Of a DNA stretch of 64,000 bases, positions 49,736 through 59,870 are shown in pieces. This stretch comes from Cyanobacteria bacterium P01_A01_bin.123 (GTDB lineage: Bacteria > Cyanobacteriota > Cyanobacteriia > Phormidesmidales > Phormidesmidaceae). Below the pieces are notes generated by a model. That model worked only from the letters and a program-made list of their open reading frames with translations, was not told the DNA's origin and did not search any database. The stretch is from assembly GCA_039815185.1 (NCBI GenBank), contig JBCBZT010000027.1, positions 43,336 through 107,335 on the forward strand, written 5' to 3'. Numbering within the stretch: position 1 is the first letter of the stretch; each line of letters begins with the position of its first letter. Made by a program: the position numbers and the translations under genes.

Positions 49736-52700
49736 ATGATCATTGAAGATGAAGCGCTGCGCAGCCTCTACCAGGCGACGGGCATAGAGCGACTGCAAAA
49801 GCTCCAAACCGGGCTGCTAAAGTTAGAACAAGATCCCCATAGTCCAGCCACGCTGGCGGATTTACAGCGAGAATTGCACAGCCTCAAAGGCGACTCTAAC
49901 AGCGTCGGGTTAGACGCCATTGCCCAACTCGCCCAGCAGCTTGAGGCAATTATCAACGCCGTTGAAGTACGAACAATTGCGTTTAGCTTAGAAGTCAGCG
50001 ATCGCCTCTATCAAGGGCTGTACACGATCGAGCAGCTGGTGCATGCCGCCGTCTCGGGTGAAGCCGATGGGGTTGAGGTCGATCAAACGCTGGCGCTGCT
50101 GCAGGGCGTGCTGGATGGGGCCATACCGACTGCACCAACGGTGCCTTTGACGGCCTCGGCTCCCCTCTATATCGACGATGACGAACTGCGGGAGATCTAT
50201 CGCACCACCAGCGAAAGTCGATTGCAAACCCTGGAGTTTAGTCTGACCCAACTCGAACAAGGGCCAGATGATGCCGCCACATTAGAAGTGCTGCGGCGAG
50301 AAACCCACAGTCTCAAAGGCGACTCTAGAGCCGTCGGTCTTGAATCCGTGGCGGGGCTGACCCAGTCGATTGAAACCCTGATTAAGGATCTCAAAAGTGA
50401 AGTAATGCCCTTCACGGCTGAGGTTAGCGATTGTCTAGCCCAGGGGGTGGGGGCAATTCGCCAACTGGTGGCCGAAGCCGTCTCGGGGGAAGCCAGCGGC
50501 GTAGATATTGCCCAAGTCAGCGATCGCTTGTTTGCAGTCGCGGCGACAGCGACCCTGCCATCCTCTGTTGCCCCGGCATTGCCCCCAGATCTCCCGGTCA
50601 ATCTCCCCGTCGCTCTCTCCGTATCCCCAACGGCAAAACCTGTCGTCAGCGACAGCGAAGATGCTGAGCTATTGGCGATCTATCGCACCACCAGCGAAGA
50701 ACGGCTGCAGCGGTTGGAGGCCAGTTTGCTGCACCTGGAGAAACATCCCCATGACGAGGCAACCCTAGCCGCCCTAATGCGGGAGGCCCATAGCCTGAAG
50801 GGAGACGCCGGTAGTACAGGCATTAATGCAGTCAAATCACTGGCTCACGCGGTTGAAGATATTCTGATTGGCATTCAGCGACGGACGCTTGAGCTAGACT
50901 CAACCATCAGCGATCGCCTCTATCAAGGCCTAGATGCAATCGGGCAATTGGTGCAAGCCGCTACGACTGGGGTAGCGGTTAACGTTGATACCGATCAGCA
51001 CTTACAAGCCTTGAGGGAAATTGCCCCGACTCCGACTGAGGACGCCCCCCAGCCCGCCCCAATCGCTGCCGAAACCGTTGCTCAAGTCGCGCCTACCCCC
51101 GGACGCCAAGAAGTGGGCGGGTTGGAACGGGAGACGGTGCGGGTTGAAACCCGAGAGCTAGACGCGTTGATGGCGCAAGCCGAAGATTTGGCGGTCACCC
51201 GAATTCAAATTTCCCAGACCGCGACCCAAACCCAGCAGTTAACGGCCCTGTGGGAAGAGTGGCAGGCCAACAAGCATAAACCCCAAACCGCAGAGCCGCC
51301 AGATCCGCCCTACGAAGAACGGTTGGCCGATTTGCTGCTCAACCTGAGAGCAACCGTTCAAGACAACAGCAGCAAACTCGAACGGGTGGCTGAAGACTTG
51401 AGGGAGCGCATTCGCAAACTCCAGCTTTTGCCCCTGTCTACGCTGTTTCAGCCCTTGCCGAGGGTGGTGCGCGATCTGGCCAAACAACAATCCAAGGCCG
51501 TCAACCTGATTCTCGAAGGCGAAGATACCCTGGCCGACAAGCGCATTCTCGAAGGCATTAAAGACTCGCTGATGCACTTGGTTCGCAATGCGATCGACCA
51601 CGGCATCGAAGGCCCAGATGAGCGGGAAGCCGCCGGTAAATCTCCCATTGCGACCCTGCGGGTGAGGGCCTACCAGACCGCCGTCAGCCTGACGATTGAA
51701 ATTCAAGACGACGGCCAGGGCCTGGATATTGAAAAGATTAAGCGAACGGCACTTAAGCAGGGGCTCTATGCCCGCGAAGATCTGGCAACCATGTCCGTCA
51801 GCCAAATTCAGCGGCTAATCTTAGCACCGGGATTTTCGACCCGCAGCTTTATTACTGAGATTTCCGGTCGGGGGGTCGGGTTAGATGTGGTGCAAACCCA
51901 AGTCGAACGACTGAAGGGGAGTATCCAAATTGAATCGACGCCAGGGGCAGGATCGATATTCCGCCTACAGCTCAGCACCAGCCTGAGCACTGCCAATGTG
52001 GTGCTCGTCGAAGCGCAGGGAATGAAATTTGCCGTGCCGATCGAATTCCTGCAAATGACGTTACTGGTTGCCCCCGATCAAATTAATACCGTTGAAGGGC
52101 AAGACACCCTCACCCTAGATGGACAAACGATTCCGGTGACGAACTTGGTTGATGGTCTAGAGTTAGCCCAGTCTCCGACCTATAGCTGGGTGGCGCGATC
52201 GCATCAGCGCGTGGGCGATCGCCGGCCTTGTATCTTGCTCAAAGTGGGCAATGAACAGGCTGGGTTTTTCGTTGATCAACTGATTGATCAGCTAGAGGTG
52301 GTGAGTAAACCCCTGAGTCCTATGCTGAAGCGGGTCCGCAATGTCACCGGAGCCACCATTCTGGGTACGGGGGAGATCTGTATGATTCTCAACCCCCCAG
52401 ATATGCTCAAGTCGCTGCAGCAGCGGCCCAACTCTGCCATCCCAACATCAGCCCAGCAAACTGCACAACGCAAACCCATCATTCTTTTGGTAGAAGACTC
52501 GCCACCCGTGCGGATTCAGGAAAAACGTCTGTTTGAAGGGGCAGGGTATGAGGTTGTCACCGCCACAAATGGGCTGGAGGGCTATAACACGCTTCAAACC
52601 CGCGCCTTTGACGCGGTCGTGTCTGATGTCGAAATGCCCTACCTGGATGGATTCTCCCTGGTGGCGAAAATTCGTCAGCATCCCGAGCACAATGACTTAC

Positions 52701-52834
52701 CGATCATCTTGGTGACCACCCTAGACTCCGATGCCGATCGAAAACGCGGGGCGGATGCCGGTGCAAATGCTCACATTCTCAAAGGTCGATTCAATCAAGA
52801 AGCCCTATTAGAAACCTTGGAAAGACTTATTTAA
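49736..52834 (+). CDS. cheA: Hybrid CheA histidine kinase (3 Hpt, HATPase, CheW, receiver)
   Basis: HSLKG three times; HLVRNAIDHGIE, DDGQG, GFST, SGRGVGLDVV; C-terminal receiver LVEDS..VSDVEMP. Confidence 0.93.
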   Translation: MIIEDEALRSLYQATGIERLQKLQTGLLKLEQDPHSPATLADLQRELHSLKGDSNSVGLDAIAQLAQQLEAIINAVEVRTIAFSLEVSDRLYQGLYTIEQLVHAAVSGEADGVEVDQTLALLQGVLDGAIPTAPTVPLTASAPLYIDDDELREIYRTTSESRLQTLEFSLTQLEQGPDDAATLEVLRRETHSLKGDSRAVGLESVAGLTQSIETLIKDLKSEVMPFTAEVSDCLAQGVGAIRQLVAEAVSGEASGVDIAQVSDRLFAVAATATLPSSVAPALPPDLPVNLPVALSVSPTAKPVVSDSEDAELLAIYRTTSEERLQRLEASLLHLEKHPHDEATLAALMREAHSLKGDAGSTGINAVKSLAHAVEDILIGIQRRTLELDSTISDRLYQGLDAIGQLVQAATTGVAVNVDTDQHLQALREIAPTPTEDAPQPAPIAAETVAQVAPTPGRQEVGGLERETVRVETRELDALMAQAEDLAVTRIQISQTATQTQQLTALWEEWQANKHKPQTAEPPDPPYEERLADLLLNLRATVQDNSSKLERVAEDLRERIRKLQLLPLSTLFQPLPRVVRDLAKQQSKAVNLILEGEDTLADKRILEGIKDSLMHLVRNAIDHGIEGPDEREAAGKSPIATLRVRAYQTAVSLTIEIQDDGQGLDIEKIKRTALKQGLYAREDLATMSVSQIQRLILAPGFSTRSFITEISGRGVGLDVVQTQVERLKGSIQIESTPGAGSIFRLQLSTSLSTANVVLVEAQGMKFAVPIEFLQMTLLVAPDQINTVEGQDTLTLDGQTIPVTNLVDGLELAQSPTYSWVARSHQRVGDRRPCILLKVGNEQAGFFVDQLIDQLEVVSKPLSPMLKRVRNVTGATILGTGEICMILNPPDMLKSLQQRPNSAIPTSAQQTAQRKPIILLVEDSPPVRIQEKRLFEGAGYEVVTATNGLEGYNTLQTRAFDAVVSDVEMPYLDGFSLVAKIRQHPEHNDLPIILVTTLDSDADRKRGADAGANAHILKGRFNQEALLETLERLI

Positions 52835-52872
52835 GTTATTTGTGGCTGATTCGCTTTTGTATTTTATAACCC

Positions 52873-53973
52873 ATGCCTATTCGCGTTCTGTTAGTTGAAG
52901 ATTCACCGATCGCACTGACGATTCTCAAACGGATTTTAGCAACATCACCTGAGATCGAAATTGTCGGCACAGCTCAAACGGGGATAGAAGCGCTGGCGTT
53001 AGTGCCCAATATTAAACCAGATGTGATCTGCACCGACCTGCATATGCCCCAGATGAATGGCCTAGAATTCACATCCCAAATCATGGCCCACCATCCCCTA
53101 CCGATCTTGGTGGTTAGTGCTTCAGTGCAAGAAGACGACAGCCATCATATTTTCCAATTGTTAGAAGCGGGGGCAGTGGATATTTTGCCAAAGCCGACCG
53201 CTGGATTTGATGCCGAGAACCTATTGCTCCAACAATCCTTGATTAATAAGGTTAGGGTGATCTCCGGGGTCAAAGTTTTCAAGCGTAAGCCCAAACAACA
53301 CCCGTTATCGACAGCCCGTCAGCAGTTTAGGCAACGGGGCGACTCCGTACTCCCACCACTGGGGGCCGCGCTGCCATTGACCATGAACTGCAAGCCTAAA
53401 ATTCTAGCGGTGGGCACCTCAACTGGGGGGCCTTTAGCCTTGCAAGAGATTTTTGCCGAGCTCCCCAAGGATTTCCCCCTGCCGATTGTCTGCATTCAGC
53501 ATATTAGTTTAGGGTTTCTCCAGGGGTTGATTGACTGGTTAGCCGATAACTGTGCGTTGTCAATCCAGATTGCCCCAGCCGGAGAGCGGCCCCAACCAGG
53601 CACCATTTACTTTCCCCCAGAACGTCAGCATCTCACCTTTGATCGAGACGGTCGGTTTGTCCATTCTCAGGATCCCCCCGTGGATGGACATTGCCCTTCT
53701 GTGACGGCAACCTTTACATCGGCCGCTCAATATTATGGTCGCAGAACCCTCGGTATTTTACTCACCGGCATGGGTCGGGATGGGGCAGACGGCATGAAAG
53801 CGATCGCCGATGCCGGGGGCCTGACCATTGCTCAAGATGAAGCCACATCCGTCGTCTTTGGCATGCCGCAGGAAGCGATCGCCCTTGGAGCAGCCCATCG
53901 AGTGTTACCAATCCAAGCGATCGCGCCGGCAATCCTCAAGCTTGTCCAATCTCATCCTCTTGGAAAGAAATAA
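52873..53973 (+). CDS. cheB: Chemotaxis methylesterase CheB
   Basis: Receiver domain plus GTSTGGP, IQHI, LTGMGRDGA, SVVFGMP. Confidence 0.94.
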   Translation: MPIRVLLVEDSPIALTILKRILATSPEIEIVGTAQTGIEALALVPNIKPDVICTDLHMPQMNGLEFTSQIMAHHPLPILVVSASVQEDDSHHIFQLLEAGAVDILPKPTAGFDAENLLLQQSLINKVRVISGVKVFKRKPKQHPLSTARQQFRQRGDSVLPPLGAALPLTMNCKPKILAVGTSTGGPLALQEIFAELPKDFPLPIVCIQHISLGFLQGLIDWLADNCALSIQIAPAGERPQPGTIYFPPERQHLTFDRDGRFVHSQDPPVDGHCPSVTATFTSAAQYYGRRTLGILLTGMGRDGADGMKAIADAGGLTIAQDEATSVVFGMPQEAIALGAAHRVLPIQAIAPAILKLVQSHPLGKK

Positions 53974-53974
53974 A

Positions 53975-55075
53975 GTGTCATCACCAGAATTACTCAGGTC
54001 ATGGTTAAGGCAGGCTTTTATCCGATTGGTTGCCGATCAGACGGGCTTAAAAATCAGAGATAATAACCAAGCACTTTTTGGTGAGATTATTGTCAAAAGA
54101 ACGCAAGGCGCTGGGCTACTTTTCCCAGAAAACTACTATGAGCTCCTAGACTCAGAAACCGATAAAAGCCGCAAAGAATGGAAAATCCTAATTTCAGAAC
54201 TGACTAATTCCGAGACTTTCTTTTTCCGGGATAAGGGGCAAATTAATCTGCTGAGACAACGGATTTTGCCGACTCTATTAGCTCAAAAGCAAAGCAATAA
54301 AATTCTCCGTATCTGTAGCGCCGGATGCTCAACGGGAGAAGAACCCTACTCTATCGCGATGCTGCTGAGAGAATTAATTCCAGATCTAGACCCGTGGGAT
54401 TTAACCATTTTAGGGATTGATATTAACTCAGCCTCAGTTAACAAGGCCAGGGCTGGTGTTTATCGGGCTTGGTCACTCAGGGGCATTGATAAAAATATTA
54501 AGCGCCGCTTTTTTCAGGAAAAAGATGACCAGTACCATGTTAACAAAGCCATCCGAGACATGGTCAGGTTTCAGACGGTCAACCTACTCAATGACTCCTT
54601 CTCAGATCCAGCTTTCGACATTCAAGAGATGGATTTAATTATATGTCGCAATGTTTTTATCTATTTTGGCGATGCTGCAATCAAGACAGTCTTAGACAAA
54701 TTCTATAATGCGCTGCAACCTTCCGGCTATCTTCTGGTCGGTCATGCAGAACTTCATAGCCAAAATCCAACCCAGTTTCAGATGAAAGTCTTTGAAGAAT
54801 CGATTGCCTACCAGCGCCCCAGCGATCGTCATATTGCTGCTGATATTTTAATGCAATCGTTCCCGGCAGAGTCCCTCCCCGACTCAGATTTTTCAGAAGC
54901 GGCTAAGCTTCGGAATTTTGAAAATCTATTTGCCGGGCATGACAGCAAAATGCAAGAAGTAGCCCTAAACCTGCTGCGATCGCTCCCGGCAGACGCCAAA
55001 ATATCCAGATTAGGTAATCGCACTGCGTCTGAGTTAATTCTACAGCTCCAAGCAAAACTCCAGGAAACTGATTAA
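53975..55075 (+). CDS. cheR: Chemotaxis methyltransferase CheR
   Basis: ETFFFRD, SAGCSTGEEPYS, GIDIN, CRNVFIYF, GHAE. Likely GTG start at 53975. Confidence 0.93.
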   Translation: MSSPELLRSWLRQAFIRLVADQTGLKIRDNNQALFGEIIVKRTQGAGLLFPENYYELLDSETDKSRKEWKILISELTNSETFFFRDKGQINLLRQRILPTLLAQKQSNKILRICSAGCSTGEEPYSIAMLLRELIPDLDPWDLTILGIDINSASVNKARAGVYRAWSLRGIDKNIKRRFFQEKDDQYHVNKAIRDMVRFQTVNLLNDSFSDPAFDIQEMDLIICRNVFIYFGDAAIKTVLDKFYNALQPSGYLLVGHAELHSQNPTQFQMKVFEESIAYQRPSDRHIAADILMQSFPAESLPDSDFSEAAKLRNFENLFAGHDSKMQEVALNLLRSLPADAKISRLGNRTASELILQLQAKLQETD

Positions 55076-55086
55076 GGATAGTCGCT

Positions 55087-56235
55087 ATGGAAACCGCTTA
55101 TTTTCTGTTTCATGTTAATCAGCACCTGAGTGCGATTAAGGCTGAGTATGTTGCAGAAGTTTTTGCCCTGCCAGAACTGATTCTCATTCCAGATTCGCCC
55201 CTCAATATCGTGGGCTTACTTAACCTGAGAGGAGAAGTCTTGCCCATACTTGATTTTCAGGTTGGGGGTGAATCTGGTGCAGCGTCTGACAGGGGCGATC
55301 GCCCCCAACCCTATCGGTTGACGGATAGTATTATCGTTCTCAGCCAGGATCAACTCAAGATCGGTCTGGTGGTGAATGCCGTCCAAGGCATGAGAGAGCT
55401 GTCGAGCCAGGACATCACCTCTGAAATTGCCGATCTCCAAGCTGGAATCAGCCCGGCTTTAGCCAAGATAGTTTCTGGCACAATAGCCGATAAAGATGCC
55501 AACGAAGGCCCCATTTTGGTCTTCAACGAACCCAATGCCTGGTTTAGCGGGGGTGAGATTCAGCAGTTTATATCCGTTACCAGTTTTTTAATTAATGACA
55601 GTCGCAATGACCCTGATGGGAGGTTACTTCAGTCTGAAAAGCAGCCGTCTAATCCGCTCTCTAATCCAGGCGGTTTAGCCTCTGAGGACAGCTTCTGCCC
55701 CACTGCAACGCCAGAGGAGCGGATCAGGTTTCGGCAGCGGGCTGATAATTTGAAGCGATCGCTGGACGCAGATCAACCGATTGAGGGGACAAAAACGCTA
55801 GTTGTGATTACCCTAAATGATCAACTCTTCGGCATTGATTCCCAAAACGTCCGAGAATTTATCACCATTCGTCAAGCCACACCTATCCCTTGCTGCCCAA
55901 CCCATATTATCGGGAATATCAATTTTCGAGGTGAGATTCTAACTGTTGTTGATATTTGCAAATCTCTAAATATTTCGCCGAAAGATCTTTCTAGAACACC
56001 TAAAGCAATTGTTGTCGAGTGCGGAGATATGATTGTAGGGGTAGTTGTCGAAGAAATTCTCGATGCTATGTTTTCGATCAATGAACACGATATAAAAGAA
56101 ATATCCGATACGCCTACCTCAATGTTGAATAAATATATTCAGGGGACAGCTTTATACAATAGCCAGATGATACATATTCTGGATTTAGAAACACTTTTTA
56201 TCAGTGATGAGTTAGTGGTTAACGAGATGGTTTAG
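55087..56235 (+). CDS. cheW: Tandem CheW-CheW coupling protein
   Basis: GLLNLRGEVLPILD and GNINFRGEILTVVD. Confidence 0.9.
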   Translation: METAYFLFHVNQHLSAIKAEYVAEVFALPELILIPDSPLNIVGLLNLRGEVLPILDFQVGGESGAASDRGDRPQPYRLTDSIIVLSQDQLKIGLVVNAVQGMRELSSQDITSEIADLQAGISPALAKIVSGTIADKDANEGPILVFNEPNAWFSGGEIQQFISVTSFLINDSRNDPDGRLLQSEKQPSNPLSNPGGLASEDSFCPTATPEERIRFRQRADNLKRSLDADQPIEGTKTLVVITLNDQLFGIDSQNVREFITIRQATPIPCCPTHIIGNINFRGEILTVVDICKSLNISPKDLSRTPKAIVVECGDMIVGVVVEEILDAMFSINEHDIKEISDTPTSMLNKYIQGTALYNSQMIHILDLETLFISDELVVNEMV

Positions 56236-56345
56236 CGCCATAGCAACACGGGCAAAACCACTTTGTGCTTGATCTAATCAGACAGGCGATGACTATCTAT
56301 TTTAATTGACCCAAACACAACATTACTTAACTGGGTGGCTGTATA

Positions 56346-56437
56346 TAGCGGTAGCCACTGCGCTACCGCGAGCCAGATTGCTTGTATACTTAGCATCCTG
56401 GCGATACTCGGTGCCTTAAGCAATCTGGCCAGCGCTA
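56346..56437 (+). repeat. ~100-bp palindromic dispersed repeat, copy 3
   Basis: tagcggtagcc...gccagattgctt...aagcaatctggccagcgcta. Confidence 0.85.
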
Positions 56438-56586
56438 GGTATCCTGATTAACCGCTTAAATAGAGTCATAACCTCTCCATTGATGACGTCACCTGTCTGG
56501 AACGCATCGCTGGTTATCTCTGCATCAGAGTTATCTGATTGACCTATATCGTCACACCCATGAGTCAGTGGTTAGATCAAAGTTAG

Positions 56587-57243
56587 ATGATGGCTATGCC
56601 CTTAAATATTTTGATTGTTGAAGACGACCCCATGATGCGATTGGGCTTGACCCATACCTTGGGCAAACAGCCCACTCTCCAAATCGCGGCTGAAGCGAAC
56701 GATGGCTATCAAGGGGTGACATTGGCAAAATCGCTAAAGCCCGATTTGATTTTGATGGATGTCGGCATGCCTCGCATAGACGGCATTGCCGCAACCCAAC
56801 AGATTAAGCAGGCAATCCCCCAAATGCGGATTGTCATGCTGACCTCCCACACAGACCAAACCGAGGTGATTGCCGCACTCTCCAGTGGTGCCGATGCCTA
56901 TTGCATCAAAGGCACCCGTATCGATACGCTGATGTGTGCCATTGAAGTCGCCGCTAGCGGCGGCATCTATTTAGATCCCAAAATTGCTCAACAGGTGATC
57001 ACCTGCTTAACACCAGAACAGCAAATCCGGCCCGCGAGTCCCCCCGAACATCCCCTTTCAGAGCGTGAACTAGCGGTGCTGAAGTTGATTGTGGAGGGCT
57101 ACAGCAACCCCGAAATCGGGGCCAAGTTGTTCATTAGCACCAACACGGTGAAGACCTATGTCAAAGGCATTATGAACAAGCTATTGGTCAACGATCGGGT
57201 GCAAGCAGCGGTGGTTGCCCTACGACGCGGATGGGTTGAGTAG
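56587..57243 (+). CDS. NarL/LuxR-family response regulator
   Basis: VEDD, LMDVGMP, LTS, then LSERE..VL.LIVEG.SN.EI...L.IS.NTVK HTH. Confidence 0.93.
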   Translation: MMAMPLNILIVEDDPMMRLGLTHTLGKQPTLQIAAEANDGYQGVTLAKSLKPDLILMDVGMPRIDGIAATQQIKQAIPQMRIVMLTSHTDQTEVIAALSSGADAYCIKGTRIDTLMCAIEVAASGGIYLDPKIAQQVITCLTPEQQIRPASPPEHPLSERELAVLKLIVEGYSNPEIGAKLFISTNTVKTYVKGIMNKLLVNDRVQAAVVALRRGWVE

Positions 57244-57273
57244 GGTAAAGGGTAACAGGTCGTTCAATTGGAG

Positions 57274-58692
57274 CTATAACTCAGGGGATGGCATGCTCGC
57301 AATCGGTAGGGTTAACCAAAACCGACAGCCTTGGTTGGGTTTTGACTCAACCCCAAGCTTGCCCCCATGGGCTTCGATAATTTGTCGCGCAATGTACAAG
57401 CCTAGGCCCACACTCAAATGACGGCGGTGATGGCGGCCTTGGGCGTAGAGGTCAAACAGATACTCACATTCTTCAGCATCCATCCCGATACCATCGTCGC
57501 TGACGGTGCAGTAAATCTGGGGTTTAGCCGACATTGCGACTGCGGCTTGAATGCGAATGGTGACTTCCGGTAGGTTGTGCTGCACCGCATTGGCGATCAG
57601 GTTTTGAAAGACGCGCCAGAGCTGAGCGCGATCGCCATAAACAGCAGGCAGTTTAGCGCTGACTTGATTGAGCAACGTGGCTTGTGAGGTTTGCAAGAGC
57701 GGGTTTAAGTCTTGATGGAGATCATCGATCAAGGGTTGTAATGGTATCGCCTCCCATGTCAGAGCAATCGTGTTGAGCGTATTGCCATGGGCTTCTAGCA
57801 AGCTATTGATTAGGCTAAGCTGACGGTCACCGCCTTGCAGCATTTGGTCGATCGATGATCGAGGAATGGTTATCGCGTCAGCTTTGGTTTGGTCAGCTTG
57901 CTCAATTAAACTTTTGAGAAACAGCTGCATCCCGGTGACAGGGTTACGCAGGTCGTGGGATACCGCATGTAAGAAGGTTTGAATCGTTTGACGGGCTTCA
58001 AACTCGCTGTAGCGCAGCCGCTCGTAAAGATAGACCGCTAGGTCAGCAATAAAACAAAGCCAAAGTAAATAAACATATAAAACTGCTATGCCGATGATCA
58101 GCGCGTAGCGGTTGACCCCCTCGTCGCTAGAGAGTAAGGCTACTGCAAACAGCAACGTCAGTGGAACTATCAAAATTAGCTGCGATCGCAGGTGTAGCTG
58201 CCAACGCACGGGAACTAGAGTGGCTTGAGATAAAAACACTAACGTCCAAACCGCAATATCCCTTTCGTTAACCGACTCATGGACAACAAGACTTTCCAAA
58301 AAAGAAACTAGGGTAATAGCGGCTGATACAAACAAAAAAATAAACCCGGCGTGGCGTTTCCCCCACCGGGTTTTTCTTAGCCCGAGCGCCAACAACAAGC
58401 TACTGGCAATGATGACGTTACCGACGAACTCATTAGGCGTATATCTAAATTCTTCAAGGGGGCCATTTTTAGGAATGCCAAAGACCCGAAAAAGCTCAAC
58501 GACGGTTAAGCTAGCGAGCACCAGTAGAAACATTTCTATCAACAGCCCCAACCGCTGATAAAAAAATTGCTGCTGCCAACGTTGATAGGCTGCCATTACC
58601 CCCGGAGACGTCTTTCGCCGCTGGGGCCAAAGTTCTCGCAGTCGTTTACTGATCCGAACGGGTAAACGCTTTAACACCAGTTGCCATCCCAA
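57274..58692 (-). CDS. Membrane sensor histidine kinase
   Basis: Several TM helices; VSHDLRNP, NLIANA, DDGIG, GLGLYI, HGG. Confidence 0.9.
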   Translation of the reverse strand: MGWQLVLKRLPVRISKRLRELWPQRRKTSPGVMAAYQRWQQQFFYQRLGLLIEMFLLVLASLTVVELFRVFGIPKNGPLEEFRYTPNEFVGNVIIASSLLLALGLRKTRWGKRHAGFIFLFVSAAITLVSFLESLVVHESVNERDIAVWTLVFLSQATLVPVRWQLHLRSQLILIVPLTLLFAVALLSSDEGVNRYALIIGIAVLYVYLLWLCFIADLAVYLYERLRYSEFEARQTIQTFLHAVSHDLRNPVTGMQLFLKSLIEQADQTKADAITIPRSSIDQMLQGGDRQLSLINSLLEAHGNTLNTIALTWEAIPLQPLIDDLHQDLNPLLQTSQATLLNQVSAKLPAVYGDRAQLWRVFQNLIANAVQHNLPEVTIRIQAAVAMSAKPQIYCTVSDDGIGMDAEECEYLFDLYAQGRHHRRHLSVGLGLYIARQIIEAHGGKLGVESKPNQGCRFWLTLPIASMPSPEL

Positions 58693-58781
58693 CCGTTCTA
58701 CTAGCCGCTGCTCTGCCTCTAAAGAGACACGCCATCGTTAACACCGATGGTATATGTCATGGAGGTTTGAGCCTACACATA

Positions 58782-58882
58782 TGGTGCTGGCCAGATTGCT
58801 GAATGCACCGAGTATCGCTGGGATGCTCAACATACAAGCCATCTGGCTCGCCGTAGCACCCAAAGCTTTGGGGCTACGGCTA
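58782..58882 (-). repeat. ~100-bp palindromic dispersed repeat, copy 4 (reverse orientation)
   Basis: Reverse complement reads tagccgtagcc...gccagatggctt...cagcaatctggccagcacca. Confidence 0.85.
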
Positions 58883-58886
58883 TATT

Positions 58887-59480
58887 TCACAGTAGCTCAA
58901 AGGAATCCATAAACTGATCGATGGCTGCTGTTTCCATATCTGTACCCACAACCAGATAGACGCGCTCCCCTGCCAGATACAGGCGCATGTCAACCGCGAA
59001 AAATGCGTTGCTGTAAACATATTGCCGCCCCGGATGGCTCCCTAATTGCACCGCTACTTCTGAAGCTTTTAGGGCATTAGCCAGGGAGGCATCAGCCATG
59101 CCGTCTATCATGCGATCGCGGATGCCATTCAGTACGGTTTCGGTGCCGCGACTCACATAGGCTGCCGGTAAATCGGTATAAAAAATAGAGTAGCTGCTCG
59201 TGTCAGTCTTGGCAGCAAACTCATAAATTTCGATCGGTTCTCCTTCAATTTCGTCCGTATCGGTCGTCATCGTTGGCTGGTTAGGCATCGTTACAGCAAA
59301 CCGTCCCGTTTCGGACGTAAAGCTAGACCACTGTGCCTGGGCCAGTAGTTGAGGCATATCTGAGTGATGGCTGGCTTCATCGGCGTGAGTCAGTGAATAT
59401 GGCATCGTCACAATGCCGCCCAAAATTGTGAAGGCAGCAGTTAGCAGACTCGACTGCCACAGTTGCTTGTGCATTGGCAA
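58887..59480 (-). CDS. Exported hypothetical protein (PsbP/DcrB-like fold suspected)
   Basis: Signal-like N-terminus; W..F.S..GRF.V.MP and C-terminal F.DSFELL patterns. Confidence 0.65.
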   Translation of the reverse strand: MPMHKQLWQSSLLTAAFTILGGIVTMPYSLTHADEASHHSDMPQLLAQAQWSSFTSETGRFAVTMPNQPTMTTDTDEIEGEPIEIYEFAAKTDTSSYSIFYTDLPAAYVSRGTETVLNGIRDRMIDGMADASLANALKASEVAVQLGSHPGRQYVYSNAFFAVDMRLYLAGERVYLVVGTDMETAAIDQFMDSFELL

Positions 59481-59870
59481 CTCTCCTAATCGGTCGAAAT
59501 TACATCCCTACCCTAGGACCGTCAACGTTGTGCCACTACACCCAATCGCCTCACCCAACTGGGTAATCATGGATAATTTACCGCCATAAGTTTTTCTTTC
59601 ACCTCCCATCAAAAAAAAATTCCTTAAGGGGGGCTTCCCTTGAGTCCCGTTAATGGTTAGACTTTACTCAATGTTAATAAGTTTTTTCATCGACTAGAGT
59701 CTATTAAACGATCAATCTCTGGGTAGGCAAGGCCTTGTAATCCCTATGGAATCTACCTTGAGCTTATCGCCTTATTTTTTAGAGGGTTTGTTGGGGTTTG
59801 GTGTTTGTGAGGGCTCTAGTATCTGTGCCGTGAAGCCCGAACCCAATTTATTCAGCTAGGTGGTCTAAGT

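Noticed and set aside
59580..59720. CcmR/NdhR operator upstream of bicA
   Set aside because: ATAAGTTTTT occurs twice, but I could not fit a clean LysR-type consensus; expected from biology yet not supportable from the sequence.
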